DNA of 60,175 nt, counting the filler, from Sphacelaria rigidula (lineage: Eukaryota), in NCBI GenBank assembly GCA_964200075.2. It is 7 parts of 7 records of this genome, joined end to end, with 100 filler letters (N's around TTAATTAATTAA, not from the genome) between each part and the next. Parts side by side here need not be neighbours in the genome. Positions count along the whole stretch, not along the records: positions 34,446 to 42,955 come from CAXNAA020010928.1; positions 43,056 to 51,565 come from CAXNAA020010929.1; 5 more parts are not named here. One strand, 5' to 3'. Every line of letters begins with the position of its first letter. The first letter of the stretch is position 1. Positions 36,541 through 50,530 of this stretch are shown here, one piece after another. A model generated the notes under the pieces. The model was not told where the DNA came from, ran no database searches, and saw only the letters and a program-made list of their open reading frames with translations. The position numbers and the translations under genes were made by a program.

Positions 36541-39500
36541 CATCACATGATCGGCCGCCTGACCCGGTCAAGAAATCTGCTCTTCCAATTTTCAGAAAAG
36601 AGTTTTTTGCCGGCAAATTCAAAGATGCCAGGGGGCAAATAGACTCGGCAATAGGACCCCGTACCCTTTACACTATATAGTTGTACCAGGATGTCCAGAT
36701 AAACCTTCAAGTGCGGGCCAGTTCGTGAACCTTGCTAGACACATGAGGACAATCACGAAGGTACACCAACCAGCTCATCTACAGAAGAAAATTGAGACAC
36801 AGTAATACATCTGTTCGTAAGGACACGGTGGACAACAGCACAGTAGCACAGATTTTGGTGCAGAACACCGCCCCCTACCTACTGCATTCTCGTGCGCAGG
36901 GTGTGCTGAACCCCTTGACTGCCAGGGTACGTGAACCATCCATTAATGCGTGTCGGTATCATCTTTACTTGAAAAAGGAGACCGATAGTAGATGACCGAT
37001 CCTGTCGATTACGGGCTGGTTGATATCCATACCCTCAAACGATTCTGGGTTCACGCGTTATGAGGTGCATGTTCTTGGCTTGGAATCTGGCTGCATGATG
37101 ATCGCCAAAAAGAGCGAGCGAAAGGACTCGAGAGTGCTCGCTGCGGCTGTTGCCACACTGCTTTGAGTATTGGTCTTCGCGAAATACCGCGGCAACGCCC
37201 GAGAACAAATATTTGCCGATGTCAGAATTGTTGAGCCCTTGGCAGTTTCAACTGATAACTGTGACTGGTTATAATTTTTTGCAACCAGTTAACTGGTTAG
37301 TCAAACCAGGTCACAACTCTACGATACAGAGTCAGCATAATCAAACGTCTTCGGAATTTGTAATTTCTTAGTTGCTTCGAGATTTTCCTAATTTCTTTCG
37401 CTTGCGAACGCCCATCACGGTCAATGTTGGATGTAAAGAAATGGGGATCTGGAGATATCATGATCCTCTTGACGAATGTAGAAAGAAAAAAACCTGCGAT
37501 CAATATTGAGCTGACTTATGGGGTGGACCGATTTTCGGGGGTCCTGCGAAAGTGCAACCCCAGATTATATATTTTCGGTGTTTTTGGTGGACCGACTCGA
37601 TCCCGATCATATACATGAAACGTAAAATATGATTAGTTTTTTTTAATTCCACCTCTTCACTGCGCAAGAGCCGGAAAACCATATTTCTTGGACCATTCAC
37701 GATCATGAAGACTAGAGGCCGGAAATGATTTGTCTAACAATTAACCAGTTGAATGGTTACGCGTAGCGCACTCATTGACCAGTTAAATGGTACATGATGG
37801 CTTCGTCATCGAGCGGCGCAGCCGTGAACCAGAAAGCCCCCCGGTCGACGGGACCCCGCCGGAAGGGCTCGAAATTTTCATACAAGCATTACCATTATTA
37901 CCATTATAATGATAATGGCCAGTTATAACCGGTACCATTACCGAGCTCTTCTAGTTAAGACCCTCCAGGCAAACGGGGTCTTTCTTCCGTATCGCCTCCA
38001 CAACACCAACTTGAGCGTTGTAATTTGAGCACGATCTGCTTATTATGCCGAAACTATCGACGTTAGCACTTTCGAGTGCTCATGGACATTGGTATGCGAA
38101 AACCCCCCGAAAAGAAGCCATCCACGGAAAATAATGCTGGACTGAGGTATGTGCTGAAAACGGGAGAAACACGATCTCGTTTTTTTCAAGGATTGTACAC
38201 ATATTCCTTTATCTGAACATTTACCGTTTCGTTGCGAAATAGCCGGAAAACTGTTTTTAGTGGACGAAAATAGTCAATTAACACCCTCCTGATAAACGGA
38301 GTATCCAGTCCATATCGCCACAAAAACACCAACGTAGGCACTGTGGTTTGAGCGCGGCCTACGCTTTCCCCCTAAACCTACCGACGCTATCACTTTCGAG
38401 TACTAATGAAGAAGTAGTACTAGAGAAAAACCCAAAAAATGTAACACCTACGAGTGAATACGAATTCTGAATACTTTTGATGCACACTACTTTTTCAGCG
38501 GGTACCAAAGATACCACCTGACCTGTTACCTGTCTGTGTTGTAATCCTGATGGAACACGAAGTCCGGGGACGTTAGCGGTGCTCACTGAAGTACAGGGGA
38601 ATAGGAAGAGGATGCCGTTACGCGCTGCTTCTTGAAGGTGATGATAAGACTGGCAGCGTGTGGGGAGGACGGGGGGGGGGCGAGTTGCGTCGACGGGAGA
38701 TATCTTGAGCGAACAGGCCAGCTTGCCGACAAGTTGCAAAAGATATCGGAGAATCTGTTTCCCCCGTCGGTGCGGGAGAAGCGCAATTATTTTTACCCCG
38801 CACAGAGTTTGCTCGATATTGCCGAGAATCACTTGCAAGTCCACGAAATGGCCCGTTCACCTCTCTACACTATCTGCACTGTTCGTTGGCATTACATTAT
38901 ACTGTGCCGTTGTTGCTGCAATCATGGTTGGCACTGTCGGGGAGGAATTGAGTCGTGCCCGCCTCCGTCTCTGTAAATAGCATTCAACCCTTAGACCGCC
39001 CAAATATACTGTACAGACAGTGTGGTCGTGAGGAACTGGAACGGCGAGAAGGAACTGACAGCGGGGGGAATTCACGACAATCGGTGACGCAGTAGGGTAG
39101 AGGGAAGAGTGACGCGTCACGGAAACAATGGAACGGGGAACAGATGAACTGGGACCAACTGGTGTATCGGCGCGAGAACGTGTGTTTTGTATCGACTCGA
39201 ACATGCGAACACAGTTAGGGGTGCGAATCGCGCAGAAAACATGCAGGAAATTTTGCCCAAAAAGTGTACTGGCTGTTCCTGATGGAAAAATCTACCTGGC
39301 CACTCAGAAACAAAGGATTTGGTCGGCCGGTCGGGATAGAACCAAAGAATTGAAGAAGGCCTTCTGCAGGAGGCCTTCGGTGCACCTTTCCTCCGTTGCC
39401 TCTTTGGGGCCAAGCACCTTTGATACATCGACTCTTCGGGGCTCTGAAAAAACACGAAAAGAGTCAATGGAGCGAAGTCCGAAAGGCTGCATTTCGCAAC

Positions 39501-41151
39501 GAGCAACCCGCAGCGCATATAACTCGCAAGCGTGTTCTAGACAGCGCGCGTGGGGATCATGTTTTGGCTGAGAGAGAGAACACCCGCCGGTGTCGGTCGC
39601 GAAGTTAGAATGATGTTTTGGAGTCTCGACTTACCTTCGATCTGGGGATCTTGAGTATGGGAATCGGGATTGTTCACACGTTTTTTAAAACTGGAAGTGA
39701 TGCCGATTCGTGAAGGACATGTCCTCGGTGCTGAGTGGTTTCGCTTGTTGTGGCTTCTGCACGAATACATGGCACAACTTTTCGACGTATGGATTATCAT
39801 CGTCTTGTGCCTCTGCGGATATCGCGCGTAGAGGGTAAAGCTGCAGCCTTTTTCCCTGCATAGAGTCGTAGAGGACAGAGATGCGCGGCCTTCTGTGATA
39901 TTAGGGTGCCTTTTCGATGGCGAAACGTAGACCCATGGTTTGAACAAGTGGTATGCAAAAAACAACAGATTCCTGCAAAACCCTGCGGGCAGTTTAGCGC
40001 CCAAATTCCGGGGAGCACTTTTTTCACGGCCTTGTTGCAGTCTTGGTGGCATGCGACTTTCTCCAAGTAGAAGAATTGCGTATTTTTTTTTATCACTTTC
40101 AAAAAAGTACAATGGTGTCCTCCTCCGCTTCGACGTTTGAATGACGACGCTGCCGCTTTTATTAATGCGTGCACACCCTGAAGGCATAGATCGAGCACTT
40201 CTGTGCGACCTGCGGGCTTTGTGTGTGAAAGCACGTTATTAAATGATAAAACCGCGTGCAGCCCAACCGAATTTGCGGCCGGATGGTGCGTGCAATTTGC
40301 CGTGCGCAAGTGACACGACCCTGTCATGTGACCAGTCCACTAGTAGTGCTGCTGTGGCATGGGCATTATCATTACGGGGGGAAATTCTCGGTACGGTTTC
40401 CAATGTCATTGCTAGCCCTTTATTATGAAATAGCGTATGAACCACGAGACTGCGGCTGTTTTCCCAGTGCGCAGACGCGGAATTCTGAGATATGCGAATA
40501 AGTGCTGCAGTAGCTCTGGATACTCTTACCTGTGCATTCACCTGTTTGTATCGCATGAACACTTCGCGACACTACAAGATAGGTTCTGCAGCCTGGTGAT
40601 ACGCTACATCGCCTTCCTGCAACTGCATATATTTTGTTATGGAAGCAGTCAATGAGGGTTATGGGATATGCTTACATATAAAATATGGTTTTCAATATAT
40701 CAACTTGTTGCTATACATACTGCCCCCCAAGGTTGCGACACCTGTATCATCCGGCGGCAGGTACACCTTGCCCTCAATTTCAAAGGGAAACGCATGCCAA
40801 TGCAAGGCATGACGCACAGTGAGATTTGCACTACTTTCCCCATCTGCCATGAAGAAATACGGGGGGACTTTTCTCCTTGTGAATGGAGGCTGTATAGTCG
40901 GCAGATCGTATGTGGCGGCAGTGCTACACTCCATCCTACAAACAGATAGAAGAGCATAATACAGCTAGTCGTCATGACTTCGTTCGCTACCCGCAACGCG
41001 CTCAACCTTGGGTTACCACTGCGGCTGCATACGCACGGGAAAGCATTTTGTTCTTCATTTTGTCTCGGAGTGCATTACACACGGACATGCTTTCACGCAC
41101 CGGGAAAACTTACACCGGCCTCTCCTCCCTTAATTCTTGCCCCGTGCCATC

Positions 41152-41464
41152 TTTTTTTTTTCCTCTCACACTTTGTACCCCACGCCTTCCTCAGGATGAG
41201 CCCGTGGTCTCAAGGGATCAACTCATCTCTCCCCCCTCTCCCCCGGTACGTGCCTTTCATTTTGGTCTCGCGGATTGGGATCAGCACTTCCGCACCGCGT
41301 CAACTCACGTCACACAACCCCAGTCGACTACTTTGTTTACTCACTTTCTCACGCTTTCCAAGGTGGAAATTATACATGACGAAGAACAAACCCAACGCAT
41401 CGGGAATCGAACCTCCGTTCTCTCCACCCTAATGGCGACAGTCGGACCATTGCACCACCGGAGC
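41152..41464 (-). mobile_element. Candidate tRNA-derived SINE (tRNA-Pro-like head)
   Basis: Minus strand GCTCCGGTGGTGCAATGG (A box) ... TCGCCATTAGGGTGGAGAG ... GGTTCGATTCC (B box); no acceptor stem; A10 run ~310 nt downstream. The 3' boundary is tentative. Confidence 0.5.
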
Positions 41465-42019
41465 GCGGCGGCTACGTGTATTTTTTGCACGGTTAGCTGC
41501 GGTTAGGACGAATCATCACGGGTTCGAATCACTGAATCCACGATTTCTTCGGCCTGATTGCCCGAAAGGGAGAAAAAAATTGACCGCTGGTCCAAGGGGC
41601 ATCCACGCAACTTTTGCGTCATTCCACGTGGTGTCTGGGCTGCGTGTACCTGAGCTGCATCGCTGAAAACAAAGCCAAGGGATTGATTCGTACGATTCGA
41701 ATCAATTACAATAAAGCCAATTAATTTCGAGACGAATCATTGATTTGTCCGACCCTTGATTTTTCATCATTTGCTCTTGTCGGGGACGGTGGTTTGTTGG
41801 GGAGAGCTCTTCGATAGGCCGGCTAAATCAGGGACGACCTCGTCGATCACGAGTGAGTGCGATTCGAGCGCTGTTTTTTGCGTTGTGTGCTTGAAATCAC
41901 AATGCATGTTCTGATTGGCACACCAGGCGGCAAAAAAAAATGCAGAGTTTCAGCGAACGCTAGGAGAGTTATTGTTGCTGTCGTTGCTGTCTTCACATTA
42001 AAAACCGTTCCGATATCTG

Positions 42020-42660
42020 CGCGGTACATTCGTATTGGGCATCTATCTGATGCGGACACTAGCAGGAGAAAAAAAAAACTAGATTATAACTCAGAAAACG
42101 CGATACAAGCAAAACAGGGATAAATAATAAAGAAGAAAGAGAATGCATGAGTACATACAACACGGCTAACCTCAGAAGATCCGGTGCCGCAGGTGGCCAT
42201 TCGGACTTCAAGGGGTGCCACCCGGCTTTCCAACTCGACGCGCGAGGCCAAGTAGAAATTAATATAGGGTCCAACTACGGGCGAAACTCAAGGCCCCAAA
42301 TACCGCCAACTAAAGAACTAAGAAAAGCAAGTTTCCATCTTTCGACCTCTCGAGGAACAGCCACAGCCATAGGTACAAGCATACTATACTACTAGGTGTA
42401 TCAAGACAAGCACTGTATGACATAACGACACCCCTCGTCGGGGGGATTCATCCCCCACCCCCCCCACCCCCCTTTTCTCGACCGTCGTCATGGCTGTGCT
42501 ATTTGGGGTTCTGCGCGGTACATTCGTACTGGGCATCTGATGCGGACGCCTTCCGTGGTCACAGGCTAGCAAAAAACAAAAGAGTAGACCTAGATCAAAA
42601 CGCACAAAATGCGATACAAGCAAGACAGAGATAAATAATGAAGAAACGAACATAGGGTCC
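42020..42660. repeat. Diverged direct repeat pair (~120-140 bp)
   Basis: GCGGTACATTCGTA(T/C)TGGGCATCT...GCGATACAAGCAA..CAG.GATAAATAAT at ~42020-42140 and ~42515-42650. Confidence 0.65.
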
Positions 42661-42915
42661 GACTGAGAAGAAGGAAGTTATCTTGCAGTGCGTGTCAGAG
42701 GTGTGAACGTGCATACGGCGCTTGAACAGGGAGGACGTCGCTTAAACGCACGATTTTCTCGTTCCACTTATGTTGTGTTTGATTAAGTGTATCCACATGA
42801 AAGAAAGGAACCGAGGATCAGTTGTCTATGGTCGATAAAATGCCGTCGAACAGCCTGACAAAATTCGAGACCTGAACACCCCACCCCCCCCCCCCCCCCC
42901 CCCCCCCCCCCACCG

Positions 42916-42950
<35 letters not shown>

Positions 42951-42955
42951 TCTCC

Positions 42956-43055
42956 NNNNNNNNNNNNNNNNNNNNNNNNNNNNNNNNNNNNNNNNNNNNT
43001 TAATTAATTAANNNNNNNNNNNNNNNNNNNNNNNNNNNNNNNNNNNNNNNNNNNN
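42956..43055. other. Artificial contig spacer
   Basis: Same N44-TTAATTAATTAA-N44 block. Confidence 0.98.
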
Positions 43056-43546
43056 GGTCGAGGCTGGCACCAAGGCCGAAAAAACCCGCTAGCTTAGGTT
43101 CTCCATATGTTAGAGGCAGATGCCCCCGAGTTTTATACGCCGTGCCGAGCAAGACGCGGCCGCACAACGCAGCCAAGGAGATTAGTGTCTTCTGTCAAGG
43201 ACCACTGCGGACCTGCTCGGGCAGGGGGTAATGTTTCCTCCCCCACAGTGCAAGACCTAGCGTGGGCGTTACCACGACGGTCTGAAAATGACAGGGGCAG
43301 TTGCTGTAGTTTTTATCAGAATCAATCAGATATTCTTCGGTAGTGTGCTCCCACGTGAAGATTTTCACTTTTCTCTGGCAGGCGCGTGATCACCCTTGTG
43401 CAGAGTTTTCACTTGGTTCCGAAATAGGACAGAGTGCGAGTTGCAATTTGCTTTTTTTTTACGAATGGATCGCGGGTATTCTAGCCCTGTCGAGGCGTGG
43501 GTCGTATCGTACAGTCAGTTCTACAGTACTCGTTGTACTGGCACTA

Positions 43547-44096
43547 CAGTAGTGGGCGGTCTAACTTTTCATTTTGAGGCATTTTGAGATCCCTTCGTAA
43601 TAGGCGATTTTCTTGGGCTCTTTTCGCTTGCCACCGCTGATCACATCGGGGATCTGAAGATATTTGTACCCGCTCCACATTCCAAGAAAAAAAAATCATT
43701 TGCACTGAATATTGAGTGACTTACGGGCTGACCGGTCATCGGGAGTCGTGCGACGTTTCAGCCCGGATTCTAACTCTCCGATATTTTCGGTCAATCGAGC
43801 CTGTCCCGAACATATTTCTAAAAAAATGTACAGTATTAATTGTTTGAAATTCTGCCTACTCATTGTACTGGAGCCGAAAAACTGTGTTTCACGGTCAATA
43901 ACACCCTCCTGATGAACGGGGTATTCACTCGTTTCGCCCGATAACGCCAACTAGCACTGACTTGGGCACTGTGTTCTGAGGATCATCTTTCCACTGTACC
44001 AAAAGTTACCGACGCTAGCAATTTCGAGTTCTATCGAAGACTAGAACGCGAGGAAAACCCGCAAATCCCGCTGAATAGTTAGACCGCCCACTACTG
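43547..44096. mobile_element. Tc1/mariner-type MITE (550 bp)
   Basis: Perfect TIRs CAGTAGTGGGCGGTCTAAC / GTTAGACCGCCCACTACTG with TA on both sides; internal part related to 38270-38415. Confidence 0.85.
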
Positions 44097-46509
44097 TAGG
44101 AACGTACAGTGTCACTTCGTCGGGTATTACATTGCGCGGATACATGTCGTGCAGTAAATGCTTTCTATATTCGAAGTGAGATGTATCCTTTCCCATCCGG
44201 CTGTCAAACGCGCGAAAGTTGGTCTGTAGCGCCAGGTATCCGTGCTGATGTGGTGACCTCTCTTCCAAGGGCGTTCGACCCCTTCAGTCTCAGCATATGC
44301 TAGGCCTTAGAGTATGACCGTCTCCGATTGACGCCGCGGAAGATGAATCATAATTTCAGTACAAAGCCTCCAAAACATTGAAAAGGAACAACACAGATTT
44401 CTGTGCACGTTACGGGATTTTTTTTCCGGGGGGGGACGGGGGCGGGGGGTGTTATCGCAGCGACCAACCAACGGCCATTTTTCAAACAGAGGATTGTGAA
44501 AAAGCGGACTATGCCCTTCGTTAAGAAAGGCCCTTAACGGCAAGTAATACGTTCAACCAGGGGTAACACACATCCCTGATTTTCCCTTCCTGAAAACGCC
44601 CCTTCGAAACAGAAATACGAAACGCCTGATACTAGGCGGTTTGAAGTGTGCAACGCCACTGTTGTCTGTTGTTCTCTTCATCGACTTCCTCTTCGAAATC
44701 TTAGTAGATACCCGAGAACAGCTCTTTAACAGCCGACAGGAACACGAAAAGCAGCAAGATAGCAGAGTCGCGGATTCGCAGCAGAAAGTAGTGGCCCAAG
44801 TACCTGCAGTGTAGGGTAGGGACTGACCTGATATGGGCACGACGGTCCGAGCTCGCACTGGCGCTTTCGCTTAACGGCTGGTCTCCTCGTAGTGGTCGTG
44901 CGAGAACCTCCACCTCTACCACGCGTGGCCATACTTTCACAGCTTGAACTGGATCCGGGGAGGGAAAACAGAATATTTCAAGCATACATTCAGTTCAGCT
45001 GGGCGAGTGTTGTTGCTCGTAGGCAGGAGGTTGAAGTCCAGTCAGGAGCAACTCACGTGGGAGAACGATTTCGTTTTCCACATTGGTTCGGTGTCCGCGG
45101 CTCTAACCCGTTTGCGACCGCGAGTACCGACCTTTGACCAAACGACACCGATTCTGCCGCTCTTCACTCGTCCCGAGGAAGACCAGACCCTATGTTTGAC
45201 CCGCCCGTTACAGTCAGCAGTTAAAATATCAGTTTCGACACTCGACGCGCCCATTTCCGTTTTCGTGTTACAGTTTCAATGCTGCAGGCCATTGATTAAC
45301 GTTCGTGTCGGTGGTCGTGTGCTCACATCATGGATAAGCCGCCAACTCCCCAAGCAGCTGGTGGGTGCATGGTGCAGTGTAACAGTCAAGACAGACATTT
45401 GATAGAATACAACGGTACAGTACGGTAAATGTTGTCTGCTGTATGAGTGCCTTCTTTCTGCAGTATAGCACGATACCGCCCGCACAGTGATGTGCAAGGT
45501 GTGCAGTGTACAGCAGTGCCGGGCGGCTACTCGTATAGCGGCTACTCGTATAGCGGCTACAGCAGCAGTACCCACTCTTCGGCATCGTACAATAGATACA
45601 CTACCACATCGAGGGGCAGACACGTCACAGCTTTTCCGTGTTCAAATATGACTCTGGGCTGGGTGGAAGCCATCGACATGGTACTGGAGTGGACAGGAAT
45701 GTCGGAACTCTGACTAGGTTGGCCATGTACTGCATTATTCAAGCAGGTACAGTGAGATTGAGTTGACTAGCTGTTACGGCTATAGCCTCGCAGGGTGAAT
45801 AACTTCATTGAATTAAATTCATGGTATTGGATTAAATTGCGTAATGCACTCGTCATTTTCTGCGAGGCGAAGGGCTCAAAAACCCTCAAAATATCCCCAA
45901 GCAGCCGTGTTGTGGTGCCGAACATATTTGGGCGTATCTCTCGATGTATGAAGATTTGAGGATTCGAACAACGATGCATAGCTTCAACGATTGCCCTGAA
46001 TATGGGCAACAGCTTTATTGCATCAACAGCTGCCTGCCGTGACGATATTTGGCCTGACTTTTCCACACGCGTGACCATAGATCCCATCGTCAAAAATGTA
46101 CTGCGTACAGTATCGACTATTGCGTCTGTTGTAAAAGACGACAGATTGCAACTGTTCGCAGTGCATTTTTTTACAATGTAATCTGTTGTCCAGGGTGTGG
46201 ACTTTTCCTCTGAAAATGGGACGAATGCTGTGCGATATGTCCGCTCATTGGCGACGGTCGTGTTTTGTTCCCTCTCGCATGTTCTCGGCCGTTTGTTTGA
46301 GTGGTGGTTCTGGGGGGACGCGCATCGTGTTTTGGCGATGGCGGAACACTAGCAATGGAATAGGTAACTGTATCGGCATGTAGGTTGTAAATGTAAAAAA
46401 TTAGTCACAAAATCGTGGCGCGACTATGCGATAATTCGAATCCATTTCTTTATCCGAGATATGAAAGAAATATCGCCGAAAAATATGTTTTGTGTCGAAA
46501 AATATTTCT

Positions 46510-46935
46510 GTTTAGCGATTCCGCCCTTATTTTCGCCGGGGTGCAGTGGTAGCACGGGGCTTGCAGATTGTGCCACCTCGGAAAGTCTTGCTGTACTGTC
46601 AGATTGCCTCCAGGATTCCAACGCCCTTTCCTTTTTCATACGCCCGTTTTGACTTCTTGCCGCACGAACTCCTTTTCAAATAGCCCAACAGCCCACGAAA
46701 ATTTCCGGGGTCTCTGCCAGAAAACAGATGCCGACGATTTTAGAGAAATGCAATCGTATTGTTTTTGGGGTTGCCTGAGAAACCGTTCCTTTCGCCAAAA
46801 GTCGAACAGGGTTCACGGAAGGCCGGAAAAGTGCGCTACAGTAGATCCTCCCAGAGAGAACAGCAGCAAGTCTTCCTGAGGTGGCACAATCCGCCGAATC
46901 GTATCCCGGCGAAAATCAGCACCGAGTCGCCAAAA
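46510..46935. repeat. Degenerate inverted repeat (old MITE-like)
   Basis: ATTTTCGCCGGG..GATTGTGCCACCTC..CTTGCTG is mirrored by CAGCAAG..GAGGTGGCACAATC..CCCGGCGAAAAT. Confidence 0.6.
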
Positions 46936-49900
46936 TAGACTTTTTGGGGGAGATTTTATTTCGTAGCACAACAAGGAGCGGCCTCACACAATTTTCCTGT
47001 CCCTTGGTCCCATGCCAAGCAAGGACCCCGCACGAATAAACGACAGAGGATGCTCCGTATAAGTGTATGGCGTTCGAACTACGATCATTATTCCTCTTGG
47101 CCTATCTGCTCTGAGTTTCAAGAATCGCTCGGGCTTCTCGCCCTCTTAGATATTTTCTGCTGCCGAGATCATGAGCAACAATAAATCGTTGGCGCACGCT
47201 CATACGGCTGCGCCATCAATTAAACCGCGCCGCGGCACTTTTTTGCCATACTTTCGTCATCTGCGCGATCCGATTGCCTATGCACATCACTACTCTTCAG
47301 CGCTTTTTTAATGCGACGCGTTATACAGGTCGTGACGCTGCGTAAAATAAGGGTCGTCTACGTTCATCAAGGTACGCATTTCGACGCACTGAATACCCTG
47401 AGGACTCGGAGCAGGCGGTTACTCTGGTTATACCGCAAGAACGTTAGACACGTGGACTGACATAAATCGTGGTTTGTCCATTTTCAACTTTCACACGAAT
47501 CGATCGTGCGAATCGTTCAAGAATTGCAGTAGAGCGTACGAATTTGTTGGAAAAACCTGTTGACAACTTTGAGTACTTGATTTTAGCGTGAACACCGATA
47601 TTCGAATCTGGAGTGGGGCTGATAGTCTCACGTCCTCCTCGTTTGCGCAGAACGCACTTTTGTCCAAATCGGCGCCTCAGTAGCCAATCTGAGATTTGCC
47701 AGTGCACGCTTTGCCTGAAGCATCCTCTGCGCCCCCCTTGCCCGAGGGTTCGGTATACCTTGGGTTGAGGTTGAGGTTTGGTTAGTGTTATTTCAAAACC
47801 ATCAATTTCCGAGAAAGTTTTTCAGTCGCTATTTGCGACACATGTGGAAGCACGGTTGAAGAATTGTGATTCAACGAAAGTGAAAGTTAGTGGTGCTGCC
47901 TGCTGCCGGCTGTATGTATGAATCACAGGTGAGAACAATGTACACAGTCGAAGTAACGCCGCACGAATCGCGGGTCTGAACATGCACGAGTAGAAATCCT
48001 CGTGCAAATTGCGTGATTGATTAATGTAAAATTTGGAGATTGACGACTCACGATTCATGACCTTCGGTTCTAAGGGTGTCACCTGCGCATGAATCGGAGT
48101 AACAACTGGTCGTCTGTATTCTGTACTGTCTATATTGCACTGTTCCCGCTTTTTTTCACCCGTGATCCGTGCATGATGCGTCATGAATCCATCGTAGTTG
48201 AGGTTGTTCTTAGCCCTGAGACTGCAACCTCCCTTCAGATGGACTCGGATGGAATATGCCACACGTGGGTTCAGAGCAGCTGTTTTTCTCGCTATACAGT
48301 GCGCCTTTTTTTATGAGCATGAGGATCTTAGGCATCTATAGAAAACTGGGGAACCGCTGACCGGTTTTTAAACTGCAATCGCAAAATTCGACTTCACGTT
48401 CGACGAGGGAGAGGGTCCGCTGAACGTCTATCGCGATGAAAAGTAAGGCAAGCACCGCAGAAGAAAGGTGCAGTATTTGAAATAAAAAATAAACTCCTGT
48501 GTCAACCTTCCTCCTGTGTGACCCCGGCTGATGCGCCCACATATACCGAAAGGTATAGACTGGCGTCCAGAATAGATGGGATGGCAACACGTTACAACAA
48601 CAGTCAGGTGCGTACAGATCAGTATGTGCGCTGTATGCCTTCGCTGGATACAATGACAAGCAACAGTCAGCGTGTCATCCCTCTCCACTGAGCACAATTT
48701 TCTACACAAACTGATGCTGATGTTTCTGCCTAGTGTTCCACAACAATACTACAGCGTGAAGCTGTGCTGGTAACACAAGAGGGATCGGGCAAGCGGCAGA
48801 GACCACGAGCAGAGGAAAAAGTACGTTTTTTGCTTCCATGTTATCTATAGTTGAGTTGTCATGACCAAAATGAAAAATTCGGGTCGCCGGCTAGGTGGTC
48901 CATCGATAGTTCATCTACAGAGAAACAAGTGACCATTCTGACCAATCACAGCTCTCAAAATGGTTACTCCGCTCCTCTCAGGCCTCGTTCCTGGCTAGAG
49001 TTTTCCGTGGGAAACATCAAATACACATCGTTGACTTGGTGAGCTTTTTGGATGTTCCGCGAATGGACCCCCACTCCCCTGTAAATAACCATCCCCCCGT
49101 CCTCTGGAAACCCCCAGATGTCCGTAGACTGTCAGCCGGGTGAAACTGTTCCGAGGCGACGCTCGCAGTCTGAGGGTTAACCCCTAGGCTGCGAGCCCCG
49201 CGTCGGGACAGTTTTGCTCGCAGGCACCTCAGGAATATCCAGGGGTTTCCGGCGGACGGGGGAGTGGTTCGGGGAGGTGTTTCTAGATCAGCCGGAAACT
49301 TACGAAGCCAACCATCCGTGTTAGGAAGTCTCTGAGGGAAATTTCCACTCTGAGAACTAAGCTCGAAGGGAGCGAAGGAGGTACGTTTAGGCGGGATCTT
49401 ATCGAAAGTGATTATCACTTTTCGAAAAATCACTTTTGAAAATTGGTTGCCCCAACAACGACCGGTTTCAGCAGCCTGCAGTAGACGGTTTACAATGGAG
49501 AGCGATGCCACGTTGATTGCCTTACACCGTTGTGTGCAGCCGCTGATGAAAAATGTTGGTCTGTATAATACGGTACAGCAGAACAGCAGCAGTAGTAGAA
49601 CAAAAACAAAAATCATGTAGAATTGAGACGCTGTGACATGTGTGCAAGATCAAATATGCTCAAGGGGTGCCAGCACAGCCTCGAAAGTACTACGGCGGTT
49701 AAAGGACAGTAAGGAAAAGCGATGCACGTTGTTCGCATGCACAGCATCGCAGTAGTACTCTAGTAGCTGGCTCAGTGGTTGCCAGCAAACATCGCTTGCG
49801 GCATTCACCCCACGAAAACGACTCAGTGAAGATGTATTCTGCCTGTACAGACATTTGACTTGTGAATCAAAACCAGTAAGGAGTCTTACTGCGTTACTAA

Positions 49901-50000
49901 TTTATACTATACACTGATGCTCGACATCCACATCTGCGCATAACAAGAGTTTTTTGTTTTTCAACGAGTGCAGTATTCTGAACTCAAAACCTGTCGTAGG

Positions 50001-50530
50001 TGTAGTCATGATCTTGCATGCCATAGTCATGTCACCACAACCTCGCACCCCTACGAAGGCGGGACGGAGCATGCTTTTCGCTGGACCAGGCTCGCAATCG
50101 ATCACCAAGCGCGCAGCGCCCCAATGTATTCGGCGAGTGGCATTAAGGGTGGGCTGGATCCTGCTAAGATTGTTCGATCCGAAGCGTACTGATGAGCTTG
50201 CATATGGATGACAACTTCCGACGAGTTGCTTCATTTTCTGGTGTTTCTGCTTCCAGGGACAGCCACCAGTTCTACACTGCCTCATGGGTGTCGTGACAAT
50301 CTGTGCAGGGTCGCAGCCTCAGGGCTCACGATGGGTGTACTATTGGAAACGCTCCTCGCAATTGTACATTTTCCACCTCAAAGGGCGAAAACGACAGTTC
50401 CATGTCGACTCGTTTGGGGGCCATGTCTATTGTCCACCTCCCATCACACCGTGTCATTCATCATTCGCTAGCTGGCGAGCGCTCAACATGTAGTCACGTC
50501 ACCCCCAAGAAAAGCAGAATCATGTCTACA
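50001..50530. mobile_element. Candidate solo LTR
   Basis: Termini TGTAGTCATGAT ... ATCATGTCTACA are inverted repeats; the same 5' start follows a G-rich PPT at 54267; no clean TSD. Confidence 0.5.

Noticed and set aside
41392-41464. Functional tRNA gene
   Set aside because: The 5' and 3' ends cannot form an acceptor stem and the arms are broken; kept only as a SINE-head candidate.
42878-42955. Very long poly(C) tract as a functional element
   Set aside because: It is at a contig edge, where homopolymer length is unreliable; the same applies to the low-complexity start of this contig (34446-34545).
47760-47790. Telomeric repeat
   Set aside because: Only a few imperfect GGTTGA/GGTTAG words, internal to the contig.
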